A stretch of 63,908 nt of DNA, counting the filler, from Platydemus manokwari (taxonomy: Eukaryota), in the NCBI GenBank assembly GCA_037951405.1. It is 6 parts of 6 records of this genome, joined end to end, with 100 filler letters (N's around TTAATTAATTAA, not from the genome) between each part and the next. Parts side by side here need not be neighbours in the genome. Positions count along the whole stretch, not along the records: positions 45,202 to 55,072 come from JBBMOY011194543.1; positions 55,173 to 63,908 come from JBBMOY011357760.1; 4 more parts are not named here. One strand, 5' to 3'. The position numbers and the translations under genes are program-made. The notes below the pieces were generated by a model that searched no databases, was not told the DNA's origin, and saw only the letters and a list, made by a program, of their open reading frames with translations. The first letter of the stretch is position 1, and the number at the start of each line of letters is the position of its first letter. This document shows, one piece after another, positions 53,616 through 63,908 of the stretch.

Positions 53616-53830
53616 CACACAAAAGTCAAAGAACAGCATGCAGGTTACCGACCAAACAAGATTGGCAGTTGTTGTCAAAAATGGGGTCTTTTGTAATGTC
53701 CCTACACATATTATTGAATTTATTGATTTAAACAATTTGTTCTAGAATATTATATTAATTTTTTATTTTATTATTTAAGTAAATTATTAATGATTATTTT
53801 TAAGAATATTTCTAATTATTTCTTTAAAAA
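53616..53830 (+). repeat. Dispersed non-coding repeat, copy 1
   Basis: Colinear with 59631-59850 (AAAGTCAAAG, TACCGACCAAA, CCTACAC, TTTAAACAAxTTGTTCTAGA). Confidence 0.75.
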
Positions 53831-55072
53831 GTTTATTTTTTTACATCCTCGACAATATCATTCGTCTTCTACAAATTTAGATTTTCAAATCAATTTTTCC
53901 TTAATCACACCTTTTAATTTAAAAATGGTTGTAAAAATACTTAACAATATTTAATAGTGCAACAAATTTATTGAGAACTAACTTAATTCTTAGGTATACA
54001 AACAATGTCAGTATTTCTAGTGTTAACAAGAATAAAATTATAAGATATAAATCATGAAAACGAATTATTCTGATAGAGTTTCTGATAAAGTATCCTAAAA
54101 GTTAAGGCTTACACTTTCATCTGGCCTACGATAATCCTAGAGTGAAGCAATCTCTGTCGAAATATTGGGTGATTCAATCTTGAGGCTAATGAATTTAATA
54201 AAATTCAAAACAAGTGACCACGGTTGAGAAATGATCAAATAAATCAATGAGTGAAATTTTAATTGTTAGATTCAAAGTGGTATACGATATAAATATGATT
54301 GGAAAGGACTTCGAATTAATCTAAGAAGTGAACATATCAGTGGTTCAATAAGTAAATTCCGATAACTCTTAATATATTTATTAATATAGTTATTTTAAAA
54401 AATATTAATAAAAAGTATTTCATACCGGTACATTTCGGAATTTTGCATAAATTGACATTTAATTTCGATTCAAAACAAACAGCTCTGTAATTTTTCAAGG
54501 TAGATCTAACGAAAAATGCTCTACAAAATCTATGAAATGGTATACCACTTTCAGGAAAAATGAGTTTTGAGTTAAATATTGATATGATATCTTGTGATGA
54601 CCACTTAATGCATTTATTCCCATTTTCGCTTACACTGATATTTCCAACATAGTCAAACTGATCTTCTCGATCTGTGCAAGTTAGTTTTCCAACAACTAGA
54701 TAAGCAATAAATAAATTATTTTTAATAATATTTTCAAGTTATTGTTTATACTTTATATTGAAACTGAGAAGTTTTACTTTACTCATGCTTTCAAAATTCC
54801 AGTTATTATAATATTAAAATTCCTCTTGTAAATGAATGAGTTTTGTGCAATTTTCTGCACGAAAAGTTTGTTGAAATATTGAACTCTGTGTGTCAAATGC
54901 GTTTCTCATTGGTTTAAAATCTAAATATTGTTTTGATATAGGTATGAATTTAGTAACAAATATTGATCATTATATTGATTTTATCATCATATAATAAAAA
55001 TGCTAAATTTTATTTCAACATAAAAATTTTCGTTTCGAGGCGGTGGGATATCCCTCACCTCATTTTTAGTTT

Positions 55073-55172
55073 NNNNNNNNNNNNNNNNNNNNNNNNNNNN
55101 NNNNNNNNNNNNNNNNTTAATTAATTAANNNNNNNNNNNNNNNNNNNNNNNNNNNNNNNNNNNNNNNNNNNN
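55073..55172. other. Artificial contig join
   Basis: Linker at 55117-55128. Confidence 0.98.
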
Positions 55173-56477
55173 ACTATCTTGTAAACCAAATTATTAATTA
55201 CATGTTTAATGACTTATTTATTAATAATTCTATTGATTAATAATAGAATCATATTATCTATTTTCTTTTACTATGAAAATTATAATTATATTAATTTTCA
55301 TGAATAATTAGATCTTAAAATATTGTTTATATATTCATACACGATTTTAAAAAGATGAATGTCAAAGAATTTTCCATGATATAGAGTCGGAGAAATTATC
55401 GCCAATGCCAGCAGTTTTTGATTATTTGACAATAACCAGTGCTGACCAGCAATATGTGTCAGTGTTTTTCTTGATTATATAAATCGTAAAAAACTGCGTT
55501 GTTTGATATTTAAGCTGATACTACTGGTTCATATTTTAGGTAATCCACATAATAAGTGCTTACCTATCTATTTGGAAAATCTTAACTCACTCGTTACTTA
55601 TAAATTACAAGGCAAAAGCATAGAATTATATAATAGCTCTGAATCAGCTTACGTTGATATTAAAGAGTCAAATCTTAGTGATTGTTTTTATAAAATAGAA
55701 CGAATTAAAATGATAAATAAAGTAACAAAATAAGAAACTTCTTTGTGTGAATTTGAGATTAATAACTAAAATTGAAGAGTAATTCTAAATAAATTATTTT
55801 CTTCAATTTATCGTAATCATAGTCGAATCAAATATAAGACCCGGAATATATTTCAACCGATTAATCAACCATGTTAAAACCTGCAAGCGTTTAAAAATCA
55901 TTTTACCTCAGAAATGATATTTTCGAAAAATACTTCTTTAATACCCCACCCCAGGCTCCTGCATTATTTTAATTTAAAAAATGAAGTTGATGACTGCATG
56001 GTTTATTTAAATATCGATTTTATAAATTATTTTGTGCCTAAAGTAAAAAATTAAATCACTAAGCTTTGAGTCTCTGTTGATTCTTGAATTTTACTTCTTC
56101 TTGCTTTTAGTTCAAAATGCATATTCTAGAGAAATTTTGTAACTCATTATTTGAAAACCCCTTATTATAATATATTATGTAATTCATATTATAATCATGA
56201 TATTTCATAATAATGATGATGATAATAATAATTCTATGTCTATGTTACTAAGCGTTGGTTTGCTGATAACAGTCAAACATTAGTTTAATGTCGATGTTCA
56301 AGTCAGTTCAACCAAAGGACCCATAGACCCGTAATTATGTAAATTCATTGTCAATACTGTGTTCATAAAATATCGGTATTGTAAACATATAATATGAAAT
56401 ATATTATTCAGAACTTACCATCAAGAGTATAGGGTACGAATAAAATAATTTGAAATAATTTGAAAATAATTCATTAG

Positions 56478-59102
56478 TTTCCATCAAAATTTTTCGTTTC
56501 AAAAGTCACACCAGCTTTTTGAATATTTAAACAAATCGAAGTTTTATCTAACTTCTCTCTGCTGTTGTCTTTGAGATCTTTTTTAGCCACTCAATTCTTC
56601 GAACTTTTGGTTGTCCCTGGAAATCAAGAAGCACTTAACGTGTGCTTTGAAATTTCAAATTTCTGTGAGGACCTTCATAACAATCTCCGTTCTTCTTTAT
56701 CTTGTGGGGTTCTTTCTTCAATTTTTCAGTGCCAAAAACTCCTTCCTCGTGACGCAATAACCTTTTTCGTGACTATTAAGAGCTCGAGAACCAAAGGCTA
56801 CTACGTTCTCTTTTCCGTTGTCATCCACCTTGCTTAGAACACCACCAATCGCTTGTCAAGTTTCTCATTGTGTTCCTCTAGTGTTCTTTCATACACTAAA
56901 ATATCTTATTCATTACAATCTAAAACGTTGCTGGGGCGGTACATGATCCAAAAGGTAGCCTGTTAAAACAAAACTGTCCCATTCTAGTGCTGAACGACGT
57001 TTTCAACTTAGAATCTTCCTCATCAAGTTGAAAATATACTTGTCTTAAATCTATCGTGGAGAAAACTTTCGTATGGTACACTGAGTCCAATAACGTTTGG
57101 ATATCGGGTACCGGAAATGTATGTCTGTCCGTTTAAATTTTAGAATTCTAAACACATCCTGATCGATCCACATTTCTTTGGATGAAGGAGAGTTCAAAGG
57201 ACTCTTTCAAGGTGTTATGGCATTCCTTTCAAGAAGGTTTTCTGTCAATTCTTGAATTTTGGTTGCTAAATTTATTTTGCGTATTAGGTGTCCCTTTTGT
57301 TCAGATCTCGTGCTTCACTAAATCTGTTAGTCTCAAATTGAAAAATTGAGCTATTTTCTTTTATACACCTATTCAATGAATTATCATTCTTATAAGTCAT
57401 ACTCTTCAGTGCCATTTCGATTCTGTCTTCGTCGATGTATGTCTTCCCCACGTCTTTAGCATCAATTGATTTTATCCCAGCAAGAAATATTTCACAAGTT
57501 TTCATGATATCCACTTCTTCAATGAATCCTGGTGAAATTGCTTTTACTACAATGAAATGCTTTATTCGATTTTTGTTATTCCAAACTATTGGTATTCTTA
57601 TTTTCCCTAGACAATATTTGTGTGTATTGGAGAATTTACCAGCCAATCGAACATCAGAATTTTTAATTTGCCGCCCTCCAATGAGCTTCCAAATTTGCTT
57701 TGATTCATTGCTGTTATCGATGTCCCAAAACCCATAACATTTCAATATGTGTACAGTTGCACTCAATTTTACTCCACTGTCTTTACACCATCTGCTTTTT
57801 GATACATACATGAGTGCTTCCTCTTCATTTTGCCGTCTTTCTTCTTTATTTATAATCTATTTCTAGCTTATATATGCCATATTGACTCAACCTCACTGAC
57901 GAGATAGGCACAGGAGGTTGATGCCAGCTTTCTTATCTTCCATAGAAAGTGAGCTAACACAATCACCTGCTACACTTTCGGTTTTAATATTGGCTTTATA
58001 TTCTTCATGGATGCACAGTTTTTCTAGACTTTCTGGATAATTGACATTCTCTGAACGGATGTCCTTCTTTTACGCTTATTAAACATTTATTCCGCAATGG
58101 ACATTCAAAATTTCGATGTCCAAGCTCACCACAGCAAAAGCAAGCTCCTGATTTTAAATAAACACCACGTGATGTTGGTTTTCCTCTACAATCGTTGTAA
58201 AATTTAGATGCAATAGCCTTCATTGATCTTGTTGGTCTCTAATTGTTTGGAGATTCCATATGACTACCTGGTGCACGATGATACTCCTTTACGCCAAAAT
58301 CTCTTTATTGCAAAATTAGGCTTAACTTTTTGAACGAAGTCTCCCTCTGAAAGGTTTTCCTTGGGTCACTTTGAAATACTGAGTCATATGTCTTCTTAAT
58401 AGCGTTTATCAGCTTAGTCTGAATTATCTTCTCTAAATTGACATCGAACTCCCTTATCCCAACGTCGGATATTGGAGGATCAAGAGTAAAAGACTCTTTA
58501 AATTTCTTGCTATTTAGACCTTGCAAAATAAATAGTCTTGAAATCTTTTCAAAAGTGTTTTTCTTGTCAGACACCTCCGTCGTTTATTGATTTACCCGAA
58601 GTTTATAACTTTGGTACTTCTCATCTCGTCTTTGCCGCATTGCTGCCAAATTCTGAGCTTTGTCATACACTGTATTGGCATGTGAGAAAGTTTCGAAAAA
58701 CTATTTCTCAATCTCTTCATTTGAAACAGCTTCTTAGAAAATACTATATTCTTGCCACAGTTGATAGGTGTCACCTCTCAACACCATGTCAAATGCAATT
58801 ATAGTTTCAATTCATTAAATGTAGCAAAATCCTTGGTTGTCTGCAATCATTTTTCAGCGTCTTAGATTGATGCCTCGAAGAACGACGGCTTCGAAAATCA
58901 ATAACTCTTGGTTTTTTCCGGCAGATTCGAAAAAGTTTTCTGCACCTCTTCTCGTTTGGATCTCGCGGCAGCATTTATTTCGGTGTCGTCGTCAGTAAAA
59001 ACATCATTTGATTTCCATCAAATTTTATTTTATCAAAATTTATCGTTTCAAAAGTCAAACGCGTGTTTTGAATATTTAAACAAACCTAAGATTTATCCAA
59101 CT
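56478..59102 (-). mobile_element. Internally deleted Ty3/gypsy retrotransposon: gag with zinc knuckles, protease, partial RT and RNase H, bounded by short direct repeats
   Basis: CFCCGELGHRNFEC knuckle plus a second degenerate one (58223-58005), then a protease-like ORF (57811-57284). RT motifs: KKCGSIRMCLEF, FPVPDIQTLLD, VFSTIDLRQ, KTSFST, FNRLPFG. RNase H motif: VVAFGSRALNSHEKGYCVTRKE. Direct repeats at 56483-56553 and 59032-59102 are 61/71 identical with no gaps. Confidence 0.9.
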
Positions 59103-59630
59103 AATTAAATTAATGTAAATGTGAAAAATATCTTAACAAGGGCTACAAAAGGTTTAGTAAAATAAATAAATTGTATTTAATAAAAATCTGTTGAGATTAT
59201 CGTTGGAATTACGTGTGAAAGTTAAAGTAACATAAGAAAATAAATATTCAGTTATTCTTCTCGCATGAGGTAATTGGAAATCATTGGAATAGTATAAATA
59301 ATGAGCCAATTATAGCACAATTCATGAAATAGTTTTTGTGGCTAACCCTAGCGACAACATCTTATCAAAGTGTCGATAAATTTTATTTTGAATTTAACAA
59401 AGCTAAAGTTAAGCATAAAACCGAGTGATTAAAAGGCGTGATTTATATTGTTTACAAATTATATTTTAAAAATTCTACCCGGTAATAAAGGAAGCTTTGA
59501 AAAATACGAATGCTCTCTAATCTATTCTCATTTCTTTTCCTTTCATTTCATTGGATATTAACCAGCAATTAAATCTGAAAATTTTAATTTAATCTACAAG
59601 AATTACAAGTCCAGACCCGCTGTCGGAAAA

Positions 59631-59850
59631 ATCACAAAGTCAAAGTACAGAATGAAGTATACCGACCAAAAAAGACTGGGAGTTATTGCCAAAATGGAAT
59701 CTTTTTAAAATGTTCCTACACGCGTTATTAAATTGATTCGTTTAAACAAATTGTTCTAGATATTTTATTTATTTATATTTTTTTGTTTTAAGTAAATTAT
59801 AGATTTAGAATTTTTAATTATTTTGTAAGTTTAATTTTTACATACTCTAT
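59631..59850 (+). repeat. Dispersed non-coding repeat, copy 2
   Basis: Matches 53616-53830 on a different contig. Confidence 0.75.
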
Positions 59851-61458
59851 AGTTTATTAGATTTCCTTAATATTTTCTTCATACTGTTGACTGTGACCTC
59901 AATTTTAAATGCCGTCTATTCTGTAACAGTTCGAAAACTCTGACTAAATCAGTTAATAAACAATATCTGAACTTCATCAAAACCTTTCATTTCATCATTA
60001 AAATTCTGAAATGAAGAGTCCTTTTTTTAAGATATCTGTTGGTTTTAGAAACACGATTTTCTAAATGACTTTCTTGGAGATTAATTATTATTGCTGTGAA
60101 TGTTATTGTAATGATTTCGACATAATTTCCAGTGCACAAGAATTACTCGTCTTCAATTGCACTGACTTTTCAACAATTTATAAATTTAATGGACTGGTTG
60201 TTGACTTGTTTATGAAGATCTTTGAAGAGGTCCACTGTCTTTTGCTTTTAAATGACTGTCGGAATGCATTTAAAAAGCCGATATGTTTAAAGATGCGTGG
60301 ATTCATTGAATGATCTTATCGTCAGGATATTTAACGAAATTATATTGAAAATGATCTACATTATTTTGGCGTAATTTTATGCTATAGTGGTTCAATCTTA
60401 AAACATGAACAAGTCTAATTAATTATTTTCAGTTTGTAGCAAATAAATTCTTCAATCGATATGATCCAATAAGTTCATATTCAGGCTTATAGGTGTCCTC
60501 AATACTTAATCATTTTTCGAATATCACGAGTCAGAGCTAGGTAAATCCATGTATATTTTTTATTTATGTACACCCTTATCATTGTTATATGATTAAATAA
60601 TCTTGCTCAGCTTGATTAAATGATCGCAATTATCGTTATCTTTAAGACCTAAAATTAATAAAAATAATGGGAAGTAGTATTTATCAAGTTTGCAAATTTC
60701 GAGTAATTCTCTGTAACCATCTCTTTCATCACTTAAATTATGAATTCTGAAATTCGTTGTTAATCATTTCTATAATTTATATAAAACTTCAAACTTCGTT
60801 CTATATTATACAACGATATCAGAAAATATTAGGAAATAATAATCTATAGATGGATTGCTTACATAAAATTTTGATCATCATAGATTATGTAAACAATGAT
60901 ATCTGACACCCACATAAGTATTACAAGATAAGCAATCTAGTCATATATAAATTTATCACTCGATAAATGTTTTTTTTAATAATTTATTAACCGAAAAAAT
61001 TGCAATTTCAATGAACGTCTGAACTCTAAAAACTCAAATGCCAGGTTTAAGCTTGTCGCTTAGAAAAAGTCGCAATATTATTGTGCTTAAAAATAGTCGA
61101 CCATAAATTAATCTCTTAATACACTCAGTAAACCTTTTTCTTCAAACCAGATACACAGCAACACCAAAGCAACCAGTTAGAAAAGGGAATCTGACATAGG
61201 TCTCAATGTGTCATATTTCTAGGCTGAATTCTTCCTCTATATTTTCCAATTACGTGAATATCTCGGTTGACATTTTTATATGAAAACACAATTAATTTCC
61301 GTAATTAATTTATCAAATAAAATTCCCGTAGCACAAAATAAATCGTTTTATTTCAGAATTATATTTCATTTTAATAGATATATTTGTTTATCAAATCCTT
61401 GAGAGGAAATACTTAACAAAGTTGACCACCTAATTTAATATACATATTCCACCCAGTA

Positions 61459-62478
61459 TCACAATTCCTTAAAACGCTGTGATTTCACGAAATAAATACT
61501 TAATTTAACCTCTTCTTTCTTGCCACAAACGATTCGTTGACATTCTCTGTGAAATCTTTTATCTGAATTATAATAAATAAGGAAATTCAAACAACAATTA
61601 GTATATCCGATCAATATGGCCAATTTTAAAATGAAGTTTCTAACAAATAATGGAAAATCCGGTTGATAGCCTGTGTCAAATAAAATACCCAACAAAATCT
61701 GAGGAATGTTGCAGAATATAAATGAAAAGTTCATTTTTATTATGGACTTGGTAATGGATATCGATTCAATTTTCATGCTAATTTTTCTCTTATTTCGTGC
61801 ATTTATAGACCTGATTAACACAAACGATACAACCAAAATATTCCCAAGAGTTAATATGGTATGAATATAAACCTCCATCGATATTCGATATTTCCACAAC
61901 CGTTCTGTCACTTCACCTTTAAAAATGAATTTTCCTTTATTGATACATATTTCGGCTACAAATAGAAAGTAAGTGGGAATGACGAGTAAAGCATTGGCTA
62001 TGTAAATACAGCCATAGCAAACGTTTATTATCTTGAGGTTAATATTCTTCAAAGGTTTGAGTACGACAATCAATTGTATTATTGTTAACACTGACATTAT
62101 ATATTTTCTAGAATTCAATACTGCATCTTGCAAAGGAATAATAACACTATGAATGTAGCTGACAGCAATCATGGTTTTCAAATCAAGTCCTTTAATTAAT
62201 TCTTCCATAAAGTGAAAGGAAAAATCAATCGAAACGCTTAATAATCCAACATTATCAACAAATGCAATCCAAAGCAATGACTGGTAGATCAAAGATTTCC
62301 TCAATCGGCTTCTAGTAACAATAACTACTAATACTAGATTTGATAATAACCCAACGATAACTACTGATCCAATACAAATGATAAAAGCAAAACTCAAAAT
62401 TTTAAACCAATTTAAATTTGGGAAACTGCCATTGTCGAATCCACATTCAACGATTCTAAATCGTGTTGCAGACAACAT
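61459..62478 (-). CDS. Intronless rhodopsin-class (class A) GPCR, FMRFamide-receptor-like/orphan, divergent
   Basis: 339-aa ORF with seven hydrophobic segments. TM1 GLLSN, TM2 IAFVD, ICL2 VVLKPL, TM6 FIFCNIP, TM7 NCCLNFLIY, helix 8 KRFHRE, and an N-glycosylation sequon NGS in the N-terminus. Confidence 0.9.
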   Translation of the reverse strand: MLSATRFRIVECGFDNGSFPNLNWFKILSFAFIICIGSVVIVGLLSNLVLVVIVTRSRLRKSLIYQSLLWIAFVDNVGLLSVSIDFSFHFMEELIKGLDLKTMIAVSYIHSVIIPLQDAVLNSRKYIMSVLTIIQLIVVLKPLKNINLKIINVCYGCIYIANALLVIPTYFLFVAEICINKGKFIFKGEVTERLWKYRISMEVYIHTILTLGNILVVSFVLIRSINARNKRKISMKIESISITKSIIKMNFSFIFCNIPQILLGILFDTGYQPDFPLFVRNFILKLAILIGYTNCCLNFLIYYNSDKRFHRECQRIVCGKKEEVKLSIYFVKSQRFKEL

Positions 62479-63908
62479 CGGTTAACAATCACATATTTAA
62501 CAGTTGATTATATTATAAAGAAATAAATTAAAATAACTTCTCAAGCTGGCATTGGCGAATTGACAGCATTAGAGATCAAGTTAAAATAAAATTTAATGAA
62601 GAAAACAATGTGGCTATTGTAATCTTATTCCCATTGGCAATCCGTTTAATATTAACATTAAGATGACTTTATGTAGCTTTGATTGCATTAAAATTTAACA
62701 AATAGGAAAATCATCCGAGATATATTTTTTCAAACTCCGATTGCTTAATTTTTGTTTCAAACAGCAATGACATTACAACATAGTCACCTTTAGCAATAAT
62801 ATATGAGAAGTAAAATTTTTGCAATTACTCAAATCTTCGTTTACCGATGTCTAATCAATAAAAGCTTCATTGATTTTGTATTTTGATAAATGCTAGCTTA
62901 ACAATTTTGAGAATATTTTAATTTTAATTTTCGCTCAGTGTGATTTTTGAAAATATTCTATAAACACCAAATAAAATATTAAGAATAAAATTAACAATTT
63001 ACTTTTCAATTCGGATATTTAATGAAAAATAGTTTCGATTTTTGTCTGAGAATATATTTACAATAGTTTTCATTTTCTGAAACATTTACCTTTATATTGT
63101 AAAGTAATAACTGTAGAAATGCAAACAATATAAAAAGTATAATTGCTATATTTTCAGGTTTTGTGTAAAAGAATGTAAAAGGAGAATGATACGAACTTGT
63201 AGAAAGTTAAATCGGAAAATTTGCAGAGAATAACGTATACTTCAAACATCAAATGAAGTTAGGTACAATGGCAATTCAATGACAAGCAGGAATAATACCT
63301 GAATAATTCCGGGACAAAATCAAAGAGCAGTTAATCCAAAATAATAAGCAAAATGACTTTGAAGAAATCGAAGATCGATTACAGATAGATCTGAAGCTAC
63401 TTGACAATGCCAATCAACAAAATGACAATGGAATATTCTTTGTGATAAGTAACCAAATAAGTGGACCAAAGGGAAAGAAAGAGAAGATGTGAAGCAAATC
63501 TGTGATACAAGTAGGTGGGCTGCTAATGCAGTCAAGAGTACTTATGAAGAAATAAATTTTTACAATTCGAAAATAAAAGTAAAATAAAATAATAATTATC
63601 AAAAAATGTGGTCAGTAATTATAAATAACAATTGGAGTAAACTAGCAATAAAGAATAGTAAAATATAAATTAAAAAGGCGATGCAGTAGAATGAAGCATG
63701 ATTATGACAAGTAAAGGGGAACCAAATTGCAAAACACCAACAAGCATAAACCTTATTAAATTAAATCCGTTGAGTAAATCTAGCATTAAAGAGCACAACG
63801 AACAAGTAAAATGAAAACCCTGACAATACGATTAATATCGACAGTCGAACTCGATTAATATCGTGTTTCCCGTTTCAGAAAAAATAGTAATATTATCCGA
63901 ATATTGAT

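Noticed and set aside
54272-54551. AAAGTGGTATA / TATACCACTTT inverted pair
   Set aside because: Only 11-12 bp with no clear termini or TSD; insufficient to call an element.
63150-63570. Purine-rich coding-like stretch near the window end
   Set aside because: Multiple stops, no recognisable family and no consistent splice structure.
1-63908. tRNA, rRNA, snRNA/SL RNA genes; prokaryotic defence or operon systems
   Set aside because: No cloverleaf or A/B-box, rRNA or U-snRNA signatures were seen by eye, and the genes are spliceosomal and metazoan-like. tRNAscan-SE and Infernal would be needed to exclude divergent RNAs.

Overview
AT-rich eukaryotic, almost certainly animal, DNA. It is not one locus: five artificial 100-bp joins (44 N + TTAATTAATTAA + 44 N) split it into six unrelated contigs (1-15826, 15927-26850 with an internal 302-N gap, 26951-36005, 36106-45101, 45202-55072, 55173-63908). 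Most ORFs in the supplied track are spurious. The real host genes are mostly spliced, and I rebuilt them by hand from GT-AG boundaries. They are: the 3' part of a PDE1-like cyclic-nucleotide phosphodiesterase (6 exons, minus strand); a small, probably secreted Cys-rich protein gene just downstream of it; one PDZ exon of a PATJ/MPDZ-like gene; the 5' six exons of the golgin GCC1/GCC88; and an intronless, highly divergent class-A GPCR. The rest is introns, satellites and transposon relics: an uninterrupted DD37E/TRT-like transposase cut by a contig end, hAT and other TIR MITEs, a NeSL/Utopia-like restriction-like-endonuclease (RLE) retrotransposon fragment, and four decayed Ty3/gypsy copies. I found no tRNA, rRNA, CRISPR array or prokaryotic operon, and I cannot support a claim of a new biological system. 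The best leads are: a gypsy family with ~75-bp terminal repeats that run into gag with no visible PBS; a candidate recursive splice site and a candidate 13-nt micro-exon; a PDE1/PDE4 hybrid nucleotide pocket; and a GPCR lacking DRY. All family calls are from remembered motifs, not database searches.
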